From contig JANJGN010000025.1 of the NCBI GenBank assembly GCA_026770705.1, positions 10,602,001 through 10,666,000 of the forward strand: DNA of 64,000 nt, in the 5' to 3' direction. Below the pieces are notes generated by a model, which was not told where the DNA came from, did no database searches, and worked only from the letters and a program-made list of their open reading frames with translations. Below are positions 36,291 through 50,099 of this stretch, piece after piece. The first letter of the stretch is position 1. Each line of letters begins with the position of its first letter. The DNA comes from Isurus oxyrinchus. Taxonomy: Eukaryota. A program made the position numbers and the translations under genes.

Positions 36291-37784
36291 ACGCTAACCT
36301 ATCACTAACCAGCATTCCTAAGGACATAAAAAGAAAGACTCTATTTATATAGCTCCTTATCACATCTCCTCAAAATATTTTAAAGTGCTTCACATACAGT
36401 TAAGTGTTTGCCAACTCAACAGTGGGAGTGTAAAGACTGTTATGCTGGCAAAGGCTGAAGCCATTGTGCATCAGTAAAATCCCACAAAGCTCATCACGAA
36501 TGAGCAATTGATCAGTTCTTTGGTGTGTTGGTTGAGGGAGAAACGTTGGCCAGAGTATTGGGACACCTTCTTTCTCAGCTTTCAGTCATGCCAGGGAATC
36601 TTTAATGTCCACCAGAACAAGCAGAGAGAGGGGGAAGTGAATTAGACAACAAAAACACAAGTTGGAAAAAAAAATGTTTACAGCTGAAATAGCAAATGCA
36701 AGAATTAAAAGTCTATTTTATTATATATTTCTCACCTCCCCATTGGATAGTCGGACACCCAGCAGGCACCCCCACTTAGTGCTGTAATTGCCAAAACAAT
36801 GGTGAAATTAAAGTATGTTAAAATTCTTGACCATCTCTTTCCTTGAATATAAAAGAACATTCAGAACATATGATGAATATAAATAATACTGATATTATCC
36901 TCTGTAATAAATATCACGTGTGTGTGGTTTATGCATCTGCTTTGCATTTGTTGATTGCAGCTTTTGCATTGCTAGGGTACTCAGGCATACAAAAAAAACA
37001 CAACACAGCAAACAAGCATATAGGTGGATATTGTGAATGAGCAATGGACAACCGATAGATTTTCCTACTCTGAAAGGACTGTAGGTCTTCCAGTCCCAGT
37101 TCTGTGATGCATTTGGGTTGCACCCGCACCCTCAAAATGATAAAAATGTTCACATCACTGTCTCCTCCGCCATCACCCATGTTGATATGGATCTAGGTTT
37201 GATCACTTTGCCCAGAAAAGTATTCATAATTTATTGAGTTGTTACCTTCAATGTGATCACAGACATGGTTTAGGAATCTTTATATAGTGACCGGAAATAG
37301 TCTTCTGTTTGATCCTGTTGTACAATGTATTTGAATATGTCGGTCAGGTCATGTGTTTTTTTTTTGCTTTGGGTGAGTTTTCTGGGGTCACTCAGGATAG
37401 CTGGCGATGAACCTGTTAAAGTGCTGCTGCATTCCTGGCTTTCTTTTTTGTTGCAAGAACATTGGAAGACTTCTTAATAACTTAATGAGTCCTTGAAGCA
37501 GTGGAAGTGCTGAGGCCCAGGTGGGAGTGGCAGTGCACAATGGAAGAGGTAGTGTTGCACTCTCATAGGATGTCAGCATGTCTAACCCTTTGCTGCCCAC
37601 CGCCCCCCACCCCCAATCTAATGTAGGCCATTGCAGGATAAATGCAGCATGGTAGCTCTCACCGTACCTTATACACACCTCCATGAAGGTGTTGCTGCAA
37701 CCATCCACCTGGTGCCTGCTGATGGACACTTGTGGCTCCTGCTCTAGTACTCAACTGTTGATATGCGTACAGTCCCACTGCTGA

Positions 37785-38135
37785 GATTTGAGCATAAAAC
37801 CTAGGCTGACACTCCAGTGCAGTACTGAGGGAGTTCTTTCAGGTGAGACATTAAACAAAGGCCCTGTCTGACCTCTCAAGTGGACATAAAAGTTCCCATG
37901 GTGTTATTTTGAAGAAGAGCAGGGGAGATCCCCCTGGTGTCCTGACTAATGTTTATCCCTCAACCTACGCCAATTAAATAGGATACCTGGTCATTATCAC
38001 AGTTCCCTTTGTGAGGCATTGCTATTGGGAAGTTGGCTACTACATTTCCTACTCTTCAAAAGAAACTTATTGTTTGTAAAGTGCTTTGGGATGTCCTAAG
38101 GTTGTTAAGGATGCTACTAGGAATGCACATTCTTT
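37785..38135 (+). mobile_element. DeuSINE-like SINE
   Basis: taggctgacactccagtgcagtactgagggag..gaagaagagcagggga. Confidence 0.75.
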
Positions 38136-38289
38136 CTTTTTCTTTATGGTGGCCTACATACCAGGGAAGCTAGCCACTGCTGCAAGAAACTGAGCTTTCC
38201 CTTGTTGCTTGATGAGCATTGAGATCAATGGGACAGATAAAACACAGTTCTGTACAGGCAAAGACCTACCTAATGCAATCCCCATCTTC

Positions 38290-38585
38290 ATAAGCTCTTT
38301 CAACCTTACAATCCTCCAAGATTTCTACACTCCAATTCTAGCGTAATATATATCTCTGATTTTAATCACTCCACCATTGGCACCCATGCCTTCAGCCCTA
38401 ATCTCTGATTTTTCTTCTAAATGTTTCCGCATCTGTATCTGTCTTTCCCCATTACGATGCTCCTTAAAACCTACCTCTTTAAGCAAGCCTTTGGTCATCT
38501 GCTCCAATATTTCCTTATGTAGCTCGGTGTAGTGCCTTGGGATGACTTACAGTGTTAAAGGTGCTATATAAATGCAAGTCGTTGT
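38290..38585 (+). mobile_element. L2-clade LINE 3' fragment
   Basis: Ends gttaaaggtgctatataaatgcaagtcgttgtt. Confidence 0.7.
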
Positions 38586-38619
38586 TTCTGTTGTTATGTA
38601 CTGCAGATTCTGCTATCAA

Positions 38620-38748
38620 GGCCGGGATTTTCAAGCCCCACATTGTGGGTCCCGCCCCGGGGGATGCAATGGGCCAGCCAAAAGTCAGTTGACTTTCGGC
38701 AGGGACTGGAAGATCCCAGCAGCGGCTGAGGCTGGAATATCTCAGCCC
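38620..38748. mobile_element. ~130-bp Harbinger-type MITE
   Basis: TIR-like GGCCGGGATTTT / AATATCTCAGCCC; homologous to 58193-58320. Confidence 0.6.
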
Positions 38749-38841
38749 AAGTTTATAAAACGCACGTTTGGCGTTATCTGAACGCTACCTCAGGATTTAC
38801 CTCACCTTCTCCCATCCATTATTCCGATATTGGTGGTACCC

Positions 38842-38881
38842 AACAAAAGCGAAAAGGGGCTTCGGCCCTTTCGCTTTTGTT
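38842..38881. repeat. Near-perfect inverted repeat (hairpin) with a C-TTCG-G loop
   Basis: aacaaaagcgaaaaggggc-ttcg-gccctttcgcttttgtt: 17 pairs and one 2-nt bulge. Confidence 0.85.
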
Positions 38882-40822
38882 TCTAAGTTTAAGTGGTAAA
38901 TGTCCTGACCTGCAGCAGCTCCCGCTTCATATTATTACTTCCATTCCATCCCATGTGTGCTCTACCTGAAGGCAGCTCCTTGGCTCGTTGTCTGCTGATG
39001 CTTCACCCTGAGCTGTGTTCTTGACAGTTTTTGTCAGCAGTGCTTTGCCATTGCCTTTCACTCTCAGGGGCAGGGTGAGGAGGCTGATCCCAAGTCTACC
39101 TCAGCTGGAACAGGAATCAAACCTGCCCTATTGATGTTATTCTGAGCGATGCACTAGCCATCTAAGCTAGCCGGCCCCGGTGTTGTTACCTGTATTGACA
39201 TAAATCACATGGCCAGCCAGGTATTCAAATGGTTTACCAAACTACTTCAGGGCAACATCCCCTGATTCTTGAATTAAAATAAGCTTTGGCTAAAAAATAA
39301 ACAGACATAAGAGGATTTTTTGAACCACATTATTTTGAGTGGCTATACGCATGTTCAAAAATAAATAATTGAAAATATGCTGTGGCCAGAATTCTGGGCT
39401 CAAAAGGCCACAAATTATCTGTAGTCCTTTCCACAGTTAGTGCAATGCAAGTTACCAGCCAAAAATACACATTCACAACAGGGGTTTATTCAAAGTCATT
39501 TTATTAGTCATAATCATACATTAAAAAAAAAGCAGCATTTGAAATAAACCTTGCTCTGAGTGGATCAAACTCATAATAATGAGCCATGGCTGTCCTTTCA
39601 ACACGTTCCGGAATGCAAATCGCTTTGGAATGAAGATGATCACAACAGAGAAGAGTATTAATCAGCCGAGTTTGCAGGCATGACTTCACAGCCTAGTACA
39701 GGTTGCACATTGAAGACCACCTCGGTCTCTCAGGTCTGACAACAAGTGAGGGTCCGGACTGCCTGCTCGGGTGAAGGTTGAAGATCCTCCAGCAATAAAT
39801 GAAGAAGTGCAGCGGTTTTTCCAAGTAACCTGGCCCAACATTCATCCCTCAACCAACAGCAGCCTAACTGGTGACTCATCCCACTGCGGGAGTTTGCTGT
39901 GCATCGAATGACGTTGTGCTTGCTGAAGTAAGAACAGTTTTGCACATTGAAGTAATTCATTGTGTGTGAAAGTAAGTTGAGCCATTTCTGAGGGACGTGA
40001 TAAGGCATTATATAAATACAGGATATCCATCTGCCATTCTTCCTCAGATTGTATGTAGTTATTTCTGCGATGATGCTTTTCTCTGATGTTTGCACTCTGC
40101 TGGCTTCAAAGTACATGGCACCAAACTTCAGAGCAGACTTCTAGCCTCCTTGATGCTTAGTTAAAGAATGCAGGGCTTGTCCTGCCACTGTGGGAACTTG
40201 TTGGTCTTTCTGACACTGCCCTGAGATTTCTCTTGTCGCCTACATAACTCACTGATGTGAAATGAACTGCACGCAGATTGATACATTAGCAAATGCTCTG
40301 CTTAAAACAATGCCTCTGTTTGGAGCCTGTTCCCTCCTCGGAAAGCTGGTGGCCAGTTGGCAAGGAGGTCATGATCAGTCGCTGCCTGTCTAGAGTTGCT
40401 GCATCCTCAGTTATTTGTGATGGGCTGAGATTTTAATTGAAGTAATAAAATGTTCACAACATTTTTATTCCAATTGTTTGATCCTTTAGAGGTTCATAAA
40501 AAAAAAATCAAACATTGTTGGTCGTTCTCCTTCCTCTATTAGTGGGATTGGTTTCTTCCCTCCAGCACCTTCAGTCGTGGGATTGGAATCTTTTGTCGTC
40601 TGATTAGCATTGACGCCAGCTTGGTTTGTGTTCTACATATGCTACTGGTTGACTCCAGAAATACATTGCCCAATTGTAACATTGGAATGCAAAGCCAACT
40701 GACATGGGGGCACCAATAAGTATGAGTTGAAGATACCCTGAATATTTTTATTCAGCATCCTGCAAAACAAAGCCATTACTAGCCATAAAGCCAACATCCT
40801 ATTTCTTCTTTCCAATGTGAAA

Positions 40823-41479
40823 GGGCAGTATTTGTGTAGACAATAGTGGCTTTGCCTGCTGGCTGGAGAGTCAGCAAGAGGCCCGCATCTTTTGTTTCAG
40901 AGAGGGCCGGCTGATATTGAGATAAACAGCCCTAGGATTAAGGACACTGCGTTCAGAATCCCTGATCCCTTTAAGCCGTCATTTAATCAGAGGCCGGTAG
41001 CTGTCCATTGCAGGCAGTACCAGTGGGAGTGGTGGCAGTTGCCGGTAATGCACCCAGTAAGAGGCCTGGGTTTGTTGAGGGACACACGCCACAGGTGAGT
41101 GAGGAGAGGGTGTGGGTCACGGACAAGGGTCCTGGGGAGGGGACTGGCAACAAGGGCAGGGGGTGTATCTCAGTGGGCTCCCCCTTCCTGATGCCACATC
41201 CCTCATTGAGTGCCTGACAATGAGGGACCCCCACCACTCAATTTGCTCTTCAGGCTTCCCACATGGTGACTGGTGGGATGAGGCCCTTAAGTGGGTATTA
41301 ATTGCCCACTTAAGGGCCTCAATTGGAGGTGGGGCAGGAGGGCTGTCCACAAGACTACCACCCTTGACTTAATAGGGGCAGTGATGGGAAGGCAGCCAAT
41401 GGGAATCCAACAGCCTCCCGTCCAATTAAATGCTCTCCGCCTCCAAACGCACCTTGGGGAAGGACATTAAATTCTGCCC
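40823..41479. mobile_element. Harbinger-type MITE
   Basis: TIRs GGGCAGTATTT / AAATTCTGCCC with AAA/AAA flanks; interior related to 33575-34333. Confidence 0.75.
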
Positions 41480-41484
41480 AAAGA

Positions 41485-42275
41485 CTTGCTTTTATGTAGG
41501 AAATTTCACAACCACAGGATGTCTCAAAGCATTTGACAGCCCATTAAGTAATTTTGAAGTGTAGTCACAGTTGTAATGTAGGAAACACAGCAGCCGATTT
41601 ATGCATGGCAAACTCCCACAAAAAGCAATGTGATAATGACCAGATAATCTGTTAGCTTTTTGTGATGTTAATTGAGGGATAAGTATTGGTGAGGACATCG
41701 ATGGATAGCTCACCTACTCTTTGTCAAAATAGTACCATGGGATTTTTTGCATCCACTCAAGCAGTCAAACAGGGACTTGTTCTGTTGAAGGGTCATAAGG
41801 ATTCGGAACGTCAACTGTGTTCCTCTCCGCCGATGCTGCCGGACCTGCTGAGTTTTTCCAGGTATTTTTGTTTCTGTTTTTGAAACAGGGGCATGTGTTT
41901 GTCTCATCCAAAAGAAGGTACCTCTAACAGTGCAGCGCTCCCTCAGTACTGCACTGGAGATGACTTTGGCTTTGATTTTTGTGTTCAAGCCCTCAGCCGC
42001 CATTTAATGGTAGTATCCAATGCAGTACTGAGGGAATGCTGCATTGTTGGCGGTGCCATGCTTGATCCCAGGAAAGGACCACTGCTGCCCAGTTAAGTGC
42101 CTGGCTGGCCCTTAATTCAGCAAGCCTTCCCAGGAGGAGGCGACAGGGGTTCTTGCTGCCTCTCCAGCCAACAGGCTAAACCTTGGTCGCCTCCATTAAA
42201 TACCACTCCTGTAGTGGGCTTGAACCCAGAACCTTGTGACTCAGGTGAAAATGTTACCAACTGAGTCACAGCTGA
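41485..42275 (-). mobile_element. DeuSINE-like SINE with nested insertions
   Basis: The SINE body is interrupted at 41779-41882 and again at ~41995-42205. Confidence 0.7.
41779..41882 (+). mobile_element. Penelope-type short insertion with a hammerhead fold
   Basis: GTT-CTGTTGA-A-GGGTC-ataag-GATTC-GGAAC-GTC-AAC; flanking direct repeat aaacaggg (41767-41774 and 41883-41890). Confidence 0.75.
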
Positions 42276-44236
42276 GAGTCCCTAACTCCACAGTCCCAGT
42301 CTCCCTCTGGTAGCTTTCCCTTCAAATTTTGTGATTGTAGGCAGTGAATAGTTGCAGGTTCTTCTCCCAGGCATAACACTTCTTATCCAGTGTACATGCA
42401 CTGCCTAGCAGGATTCTTTGGGCAGTGATCAAGAGTAGGAACAGCAGGGGAGTTATGGAAGTATTTATCATAAGAACATAAGAAATAGGAGAATGGGTAG
42501 GCCATTCAGCCCCTTGAGCCTGCTCATCCAGTCAATGCCCTGGGGCAGAGTTTAATGACACCATCCAGTGCACTACCGAGGGAGCACCACTGTTGGAGGT
42601 TCCATCATTGATCATGTCTTACTGCTGGCTATGATAGTCTACTCTTTATTGCCCTGAAATATTGGGCCTGAATTTAACTCTGTGAAAGTGAATGGGTTTT
42701 GAATGAGTTAAAATCTCACCCAATATTGGCTCCCAATAACCCAATGTCTGTGACAATGCTGTATTCCCTCTCTACTGCGTAGCTTGCTATCCATAGCACA
42801 TAGCTCCACTTTGCAAGACTGTTTCTAATTTAAATCAGGGATAGTAAACACACACTATTTAGAAGGAATGTCAGCTCATAAGCTCATGATGTAACCTCCA
42901 AAGAAATGATGTTTGGAGTCCAGTCAAGCTGATAGGGGTAGATAGGAATGTCTATTCTTCATCTCCTCGGCAAGTGAGCACTGGTGGGGGGTGGGGGGGG
43001 GGGGGGGTGGGGGGGGGGGCTTATGAATTTGTTAGAAACAAGATGCCAGCACATTTCTCAGCAGCACTTTTCACCTCATTAATGTTCATCAAAATACAAA
43101 GGACTCACAGCCAACTGTTCAAAATATGTACATAAGATGCCAATGCGATTTGGCCCTTGTGGAAACCATGGTGTTTGTGTGCAATCAGGAAGTGTGGGAT
43201 TGCGTGAATGAAGCAAATAAGAAAGCAGACTCTTACTATTCTTTGAACTTCAGCTTTTTACCGCAATGGAGGATAATTTCTTCTGCCCATATAACTTCCA
43301 TGGTGATAATGCAAACCATTGATAATTGAGAACCCCTTAGTCTTCAGTGTATGGTACTGAAAAGCACAATGCACCATAATGAAGGCAAGTACAAAATAAA
43401 CAACCAGGAAATATTAGCAGGCTGTGCAATAAGGTACATCGCTTGCAAGGTACTGTCTGGCAGATAATTGGAAAGGTGGATAGATATGGGACAGATAATG
43501 GAACTGCCACTACATGCGTTGTGTATATGTCCCTGTGACATTTGGCAACAACAAATGTTATAAGGGAATTGGTGCCCCAGTGGCTCAATTTGCAAAGCAA
43601 AACTGAACATGCTGCAGATCGCTTTAGCTTTGATCTTTAATCTGTTTCCTGTTTGTTGATCTAAACTGGGGTGACAGCAGCAGGTCTGGTTTATGGAGAG
43701 TGAAATCAGACGGTATTTTATTGAAATAGTTTTCATCTGTGGACACTGCTGCAATGCCAGGCTGTATTGCATCCCATATGTGATATAGCTGCTGTTACTC
43801 ACTGCCTAGGTCCGTGCATGAAGAATTGCCCCAGGGCTAAGAAGAGGAGCTGATACTGTAACCTCGGTACAAGCTTGTGCCTTCAAGGAAGGAAGGGAGA
43901 AAGTTAGAGGCAAGAGGAAGAAGGGAAGATAATGTCATCTTCATCAAAAAAAGAATTGGGAAATAAATCATTTTGGGTCAAATGGGCTCATGTCTACATC
44001 ATGACATGAACACATCCACCAAACTCACTGGTCATTCACTTCAGAAAGAGATTCACTCACTGCTCGTGTCAAAAATTAAATGGCAGGCAGATCATTGAGG
44101 AGCAGCTTTGAATGCAACGCTCACAAACTGAAAGTTAGGTCAACCCATGAAGATTTCACACGTCGTTCAGTGACAATGATTTCAGAATAATTTATTTGTA
44201 TGGTTATTGTATTTAGATAGAAAGTACAATAAGTGA

Positions 44237-44640
44237 GATGGGTGACAGTGGCTAATGACACTGGACCAGTAATCCAGAGGCCCAGGCTGGTAATCTAGGG
44301 ACACAGATTCAAATTCCACCATGGCAGCTGGTGTATTAATACATTTCATTAACTAATAAATCTTGAATTGAAAGCTAGTCTCGGTAATGATGCCATGAAA
44401 CTAGCATCGATTGTTATAAAAACCCGCCAGGTTCACTAAGTGCTTTAGAGAAGGAAATCTGCCATCCTTAGACCATCCTGGCCTACATGTGACTCCAGAC
44501 CCACAGCAATATGGCTGACTCTTAACTGTACTCTGAAATGGTCCAGCAACACTCAGTTATATCAACCTGCTACAGGAAAATTAAGGTTCAAGAAGGCAGC
44601 TCGCCATTGTCTTCTCAAGGGTGTTGCCCATCCCTAATTG
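44237..44640 (+). mobile_element. tRNA-derived SINE (MetaSINE-like core)
   Basis: Homologous to 11243-11600 (gaaggaaatctgccatcc..ggcctacatgtgactccagacccacagcaat). Confidence 0.75.
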
Positions 44641-46384
44641 CCACACTAAGTTCTGCTTGACCATCACTCTCCTTGCTGATCAAAATTGGCTCTCAGTCCA
44701 AGCTTTGGCTAGTTTATGCCTTTGATACCCTCCCTATCTTTGTAACCTCCTCCACGCCTGCAACAATCTCCACAACCCCAAACTCTCCGTTCCTCTGACT
44801 GTGGATGCTTCCCTTCCTTCGTCCCAACATTGGTGACTGTTTATTCCATTGTTCTGGGGCTTCTGCAGTTTTTCCACCATCTTTACCATGGACAAGCAGG
44901 CTAATCTCCATGGAAATTCACCACCCCCCCTAAGAGTTAGCAGGCCATTCGACATAGCATCAAAACTCAGAGCCATTATGTCCTCATGGATATCCACTTA
45001 AGTTGCCCTCTTCCACAGGAGTCTAATAAATACCTGGTTTATTCTTCCCCTCCTTAGTCCAAGGATACTGTGGCCAATCATAGCTGGCCAATTAGACCTC
45101 CCCAACTATAGCTCTGGTTAGGATAGGGAATTGATCATGGGATTTCTTAGCTCAGCTCCATACTGGTCAGTGCATTTAGCCTCTTGGGCAGTTGGGTGAT
45201 CTTTGCATGGAAATTTCATATCAAACTTTTTCTTTTTGTAGGAGCTGTAAGATGTGCCAAAGCCTGTGCCAAAATCTACGCTAATACTCCAGTACACTGC
45301 AGTACAGAGCAGTGCAGTATTGTCAGAGGTGCCAGAGAGGATGCCATGCCTGTTCCCATGGTCAGGATCCAAGGTGTTTTCAAATAAGAGTAGGCTTTTT
45401 CCTGGTATCTTGGTTAAAATTGTTTCCCTCTAACAAAAACAGACTAGCTAGCCATCTACTGCCTTCACCTATTGAGTGACAGCAATGCCACTTTAAAGCC
45501 TTTAATATTTGTGATGATTCTGAGAGATGAATATGGTGCTACATAAATGAATGACTTTCCTTGTGCTTGGAGTTGCCAACACAAACAAGGGGAAGGGAAA
45601 TTTATGAATCTGCAGCAAAGAATCTGCCAGTTCTTTCATATAATTACTAATTTTCCACATCCACTGGTTTCATGACAACATGGATCAGAGTGGCTGTCTT
45701 AATAAGGACAAAATATTTAAAGTTCTAACTGTGGTACACAGCAGGTCATTAAAAATAAAGAGAAGAGTCTCTAAAATAGTATCTTGCCACATCTGCAACT
45801 GTTCCTCAGCAGCCCCAGTTAGTAGGCCCCAATATGTCGAGAGTTCCAATGCCAAAAGAAACTTTATGTAATGTCTGCAGCGACGCAGAGCCAAAGACAA
45901 CAGCCAAGAATCCAGAAGTATACAAGGCCCTTTCGAAAATTGGGCAGGAATATGTTAAATATTTCAAAACATTCAGGGATATTTTTGTGCCTTCGGTTTG
46001 CCTGATTGCCAGGAGTCTACTTTTGGCTATTTCAGAGGCCTTGTTTTTGCAAAGGGCTCATGGTTCATTGGAGTTCGTGTGATGAAACATTGCGGCATGT
46101 GACCGTGCATTTGTTCAGGACACAATCCCTCTCCTGGCTTCACGGAGCATAAAGGAGCTCTTCGGGGAGCGCTCTGGCCTTGTCCACCAGTAGTTTGAGA
46201 CTTCTTTTCTGCTTGCTAATTGCATGGAAAAAGAGATGGGGAAGGAATGATAGCATTTAATGCTTTAAAATAAAGGCTGCACCCTCACAGTGGACTACAC
46301 CTTTCAGCCCTGCCCTACTCCCTCTGATCCCTGTTAATTAATTTTTAAATCATTGTCCTTGCCTTCAACCTCCTTACATTATGG

Positions 46385-46672
46385 AGAGCTGATGGTGCAG
46401 TGGGTATAGTATCTCTGCCTTTGAGCCAGAAACTATAGCTTCAAGTCCCTCTCCAGGAATTGATGACCAAGGAAGGTGTGTTCATAATGTGACCAAACAA
46501 GTTGAATATCAATCTGCAAATCCTTCCACTGCACAAGAATGGCAGGTGGAAGACATTCCTGGTCAGCCATGTGATGGAAAGAACTTTGGAGCCTCTACCA
46601 TCACTATCCATAGCTCCAGACTACAACATGCATGTGAAAGTACATGTTGCCACAGCAACTCAGGTTCCCTGA
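46385..46672 (+). mobile_element. tRNA-derived SINE, third family
   Basis: Head ggtgcagtgg..ttcaagtcc. The 3' half is nearly identical to ~61700-61828 (gccatgtgatggaaagaac..ggagcctctaccatca). Confidence 0.7.
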
Positions 46673-47404
46673 TTGATCACCACCTCCTTACATCAGCCTT
46701 ATATTCCAACCGTCAATCTACACAAGCCCTACCCATTACTGGCGCCCATACCAACTTATTCCTCAGCCTCTGTCTCCTCTGCTCTGTCACCCATGATGCC
46801 CTCTCCATCCTTTTTTTTCCTCAACACTTCTGCCCACTCTTTTTTTTTTAAAAAAGCCCCCTGAAGATCTTTCCCTTTGATCATGCTTTCGATCCTCTTT
46901 CCCTCCCACCCTCTCCATCCCTCTCCCTGCTCGGCGCCCACCCATCTCCAAAGTGCTCCAAGGTGTGTCTTCTTACAGGGCCATGACAGAAATCTAAGTT
47001 ATGGAAGAGAAACTGCGTAGTCTGTTGAAGGCAGAGCCAGGTCTAAGCTGGCTCAATAGCTTCTGTGTTTATAAGTAATTGGCCGGCACAACGATGGTTA
47101 TGGGTGACTCATTTTGTAAAGTACAGCAGCAGCTGCTCACATGCAGACTGCCTAGGCCCAGTTAATAACACTGAAAATGGAATTGCTATGTTTGCTGGTT
47201 AGAAAAGTAGGAGGTTGTTGCAATAGTAATGAAATAAAATTGCAGGGTGCTTTCCTTCTTAGTTGTAGGATGAGAAAGAAAACATATACTGTGATGAATG
47301 TATTTGTTGTTGCTGTGTGTTCACGTGCTGCACTGTTGTGGAGGCAGATCTTTCTATTCATTCTTGTCTGAGCTTCTCTAATAGCTGAACATAATTTAAA
47401 AGCA

Positions 47405-47568
47405 AAAATAAAAGAAAAAACTGCGGATGCTGGAAATCCAAAACAAAAACAAAAATACCTGGAAAAACTCAGCAGGTCTGGCAGCATCTGCGGAGAGGAG
47501 CACAGTTAACTTTTCAAGTCCGTATGACTCTTCAACAGAACTAAGTAAAAATAGAAGAGAGGTGAAAT
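47405..47568 (-). mobile_element. Penelope-type short insertion with a hammerhead fold
   Basis: Minus strand 47504-47542 reads AGTT-CTGTTGA-A-GAGTC-atacg-GACTT-GAAAA-GTT-AACT. Confidence 0.75.
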
Positions 47569-47659
47569 AAGCATTAACTTAAAGGTTGGGCCACAGCGTA
47601 AAATGGGCAGCATTGGATTAGAAGTTGATCGTACGTCCTGTCCAAGATCAGGAGAGGAG

Positions 47660-47990
47660 AATCGTCATCGGCTGTCCCGCGATTCGAGGATGAAGTCTAC
47701 TCAGGGTTGTGTGTTTCTGCCATGGGTCTTCATGTGGCCAAGCAGGCTGATTCTTGACCCACAGATCTTTGGACATAGGGGACAAGGTGTCGCACAAGGT
47801 GGTAGGATCCAGAGTGCAAGGTTTTCTTCTTTATCTTTCCTCCTCAGCCATTGCTCTGCCTCATCATTAAGACGTTGTGACTCAAAGTGTGATGCAACTT
47901 GATGGACAATTTGTCGCCCTCCTGAAGGACTGGTAGCAAGCTCCCCCCAGTCGCTAATGTCAATGCTGGCGCACTTCAAGGTGCGCTTTA
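47660..47990 (-). mobile_element. RTE-clade LINE 3' end
   Basis: C-terminal C2H2-like motif CPLCPKICGSRISLLGHMKTH followed by a short tail catcctcgaatcgcgggacagccgatgacga. Confidence 0.75.
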
Positions 47991-48999
47991 ACAGGCAGTT
48001 GATCCATTATTGCATGTTTTTCCTTCCACAATTGCCAGGGGTTTGAAATGATCCCTTTTTTGCCAGTGGGTAAATGTGCTGCATGGCATGGCCCAGAGCC
48101 ACACGCATCAAGAAGACCCCATCTTGGATTTTGCTTTGTTCTGTATTAGTTGAGTTGGCCGAGGTGGGGGGAGGGAGGCAGTGGTCACAGAAATGGGTAC
48201 TGGCAAACTCTGGGCAAGGTGGAGAAAAATCCGTCAGGATTCCTGCCTCTGATGGCTGTGCACGTGTATGAATGTCAAGGGAGAACAAGATCGAGAGCAG
48301 CTGAGATAGCACCTCACATGTTGACTCTCATTGTCAAAGCTCACATGTGAAGATTACCCATTCAGGTGACGTACTGGAAAAAACCATTAAATCCTGTTCC
48401 CTCACAGTAGTGGTAGACTCCTTGTTGTTTTAGTATGTCCAAGCCGTAAGTGCTTTCAAAGGTCACATTTTTTACAGCTAAACTTACACTAAGGAAATCG
48501 ATTATAGCGGAAGAGAGGTGCGTGCTACTGCCCCCACTCTCTTGGCTGCTTTTGGCAAGGATCCAGGATCCTTGGCAGCTGCAGTGGGTGGCTGGTACTG
48601 GGTACTTCTCTCCTTTCACCCTGAACTGCAGTCCAGCCAGGGTTACTAATTATGGTTAATGCCATCGTGTCACAATGGGACAAGGCGAGGAGGTAGGCTC
48701 CAAGAGCTACCTCAGGCTGTATGGGGATTAAACCCATCAGTTGGCATTATTTTGCACCACGCTTTTAGCCAACTGATCTAATTGTCCCCTAGCCCCCGTA
48801 AAAACAGCACCCTAAGGAGAGTGTTCTGGGATGGTCTTTCTATCTTGGACTCTTGGCATGGAACTTGGTTGGTAGACAGATTGTAGACATACTCTGGTGT
48901 CTGCTTAACACTTGTTTATTAGTACTACATCTAAACAGATTATAGAGTAGGTACATTGCTCCAAGGCATGATTCCAACCTCTCACACAAACTGACAAAT

Positions 49000-49722
49000 T
49001 AGTAGCAGGAGTAGGCCACTTGGCCCCTTGAGCCTGCTCTGCCATTCAATAAAATCATGGCTGATCTGATTATAACATCAACCCCACATTCCTGCCCACC
49101 CCCGATAACCTTTCACCCTATTGTTAATCAAAAATCTATCTAGCTCTGCCTTAAAAATATTCAGGCTTTGCTTCCACCGCCTTTCGAGGAAAAGTTTTCC
49201 AAAGACTCACGACCCTCTGAGAGAAAAAATTCTCCTCATCTCTGTCTTAAATGAGGGACACCTTATTTTTAAACAGTGACCTCTAGTTCTAGATTCTCCC
49301 ACAAGAGAAAACGTCCTCTTCACATCCACCCTGTCAAGACCCCTCAGGATCTTAAATGTTTTGATCAAGTCATCTCTTACTCTTCTAAACTCCAGTGGAT
49401 ACAAGCCTAGCCTGTCCAACCTTTCCTCATAACACAACCCACCCATTCCTGATATTAGCTGAGTAAACCTCTGAACTGCTTCTAACAGATTTACATCTTT
49501 CCTTAAACAAGGAGACTGATACTACACAATATTCCACATGTGGTCTCACCAGTGCCCTGTACAACTGAAGCATATCCTCCCTACTTTTGTAATCAGTTCC
49601 CTCACAATAAATGCTAACATTCTATTAGCTTTCCTAATTACGTGTTGTACATGCATACTAGCCTTTTGGGATTCATGCACTAGGACACCCAGAACCCTCT
49701 GAATCTCAGAGCTCTGTAATCT
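49000..49722 (-). mobile_element. CR1 LINE 3' fragment
   Basis: LGVLVHESQKASMHVQHVIRKANRMLAFI and GLCYEERLDRLGLYPLEFRRVR remnants, plus CR1 tail. Confidence 0.9.
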
Positions 49723-50099
49723 CTTAAGCAAGAGTCTAACATGTGACTGACCGATGTCAGTAGTACATCATCATCTATATCATATATTAGCATATTGCAT
49801 CCGTTATCGCTTTATAGTACAGAGATGAGGGGAGAAAATTGGGGGAAAGTAATATTTTGCCTTAAATACGTAGGGCTTTGTTTCTTTTGGCAAGTATTAT
49901 ATCCTGACCTCTTCATCAGTACACTTTGTTCAGCTCATTTTGTGCAGTAAGTCCTGGTCAATATGAAGTGTATGTTTGAAGCTTGCTTTTACTAGTCATG
50001 GGGATTTTTTTCCATAGCCCTGTTCGAGGTTTTATGACCTTATTCCCTTAGGTTTCATTTAGTCATCATGCTATGATCATTTACAGATTTGCAAAGGCA

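Noticed and set aside
38842-38883. Rho-independent terminator or bacterial contamination
   Set aside because: The flanks are ordinary vertebrate repeats with no bacterial ORF. It is kept only as an unexplained hairpin.
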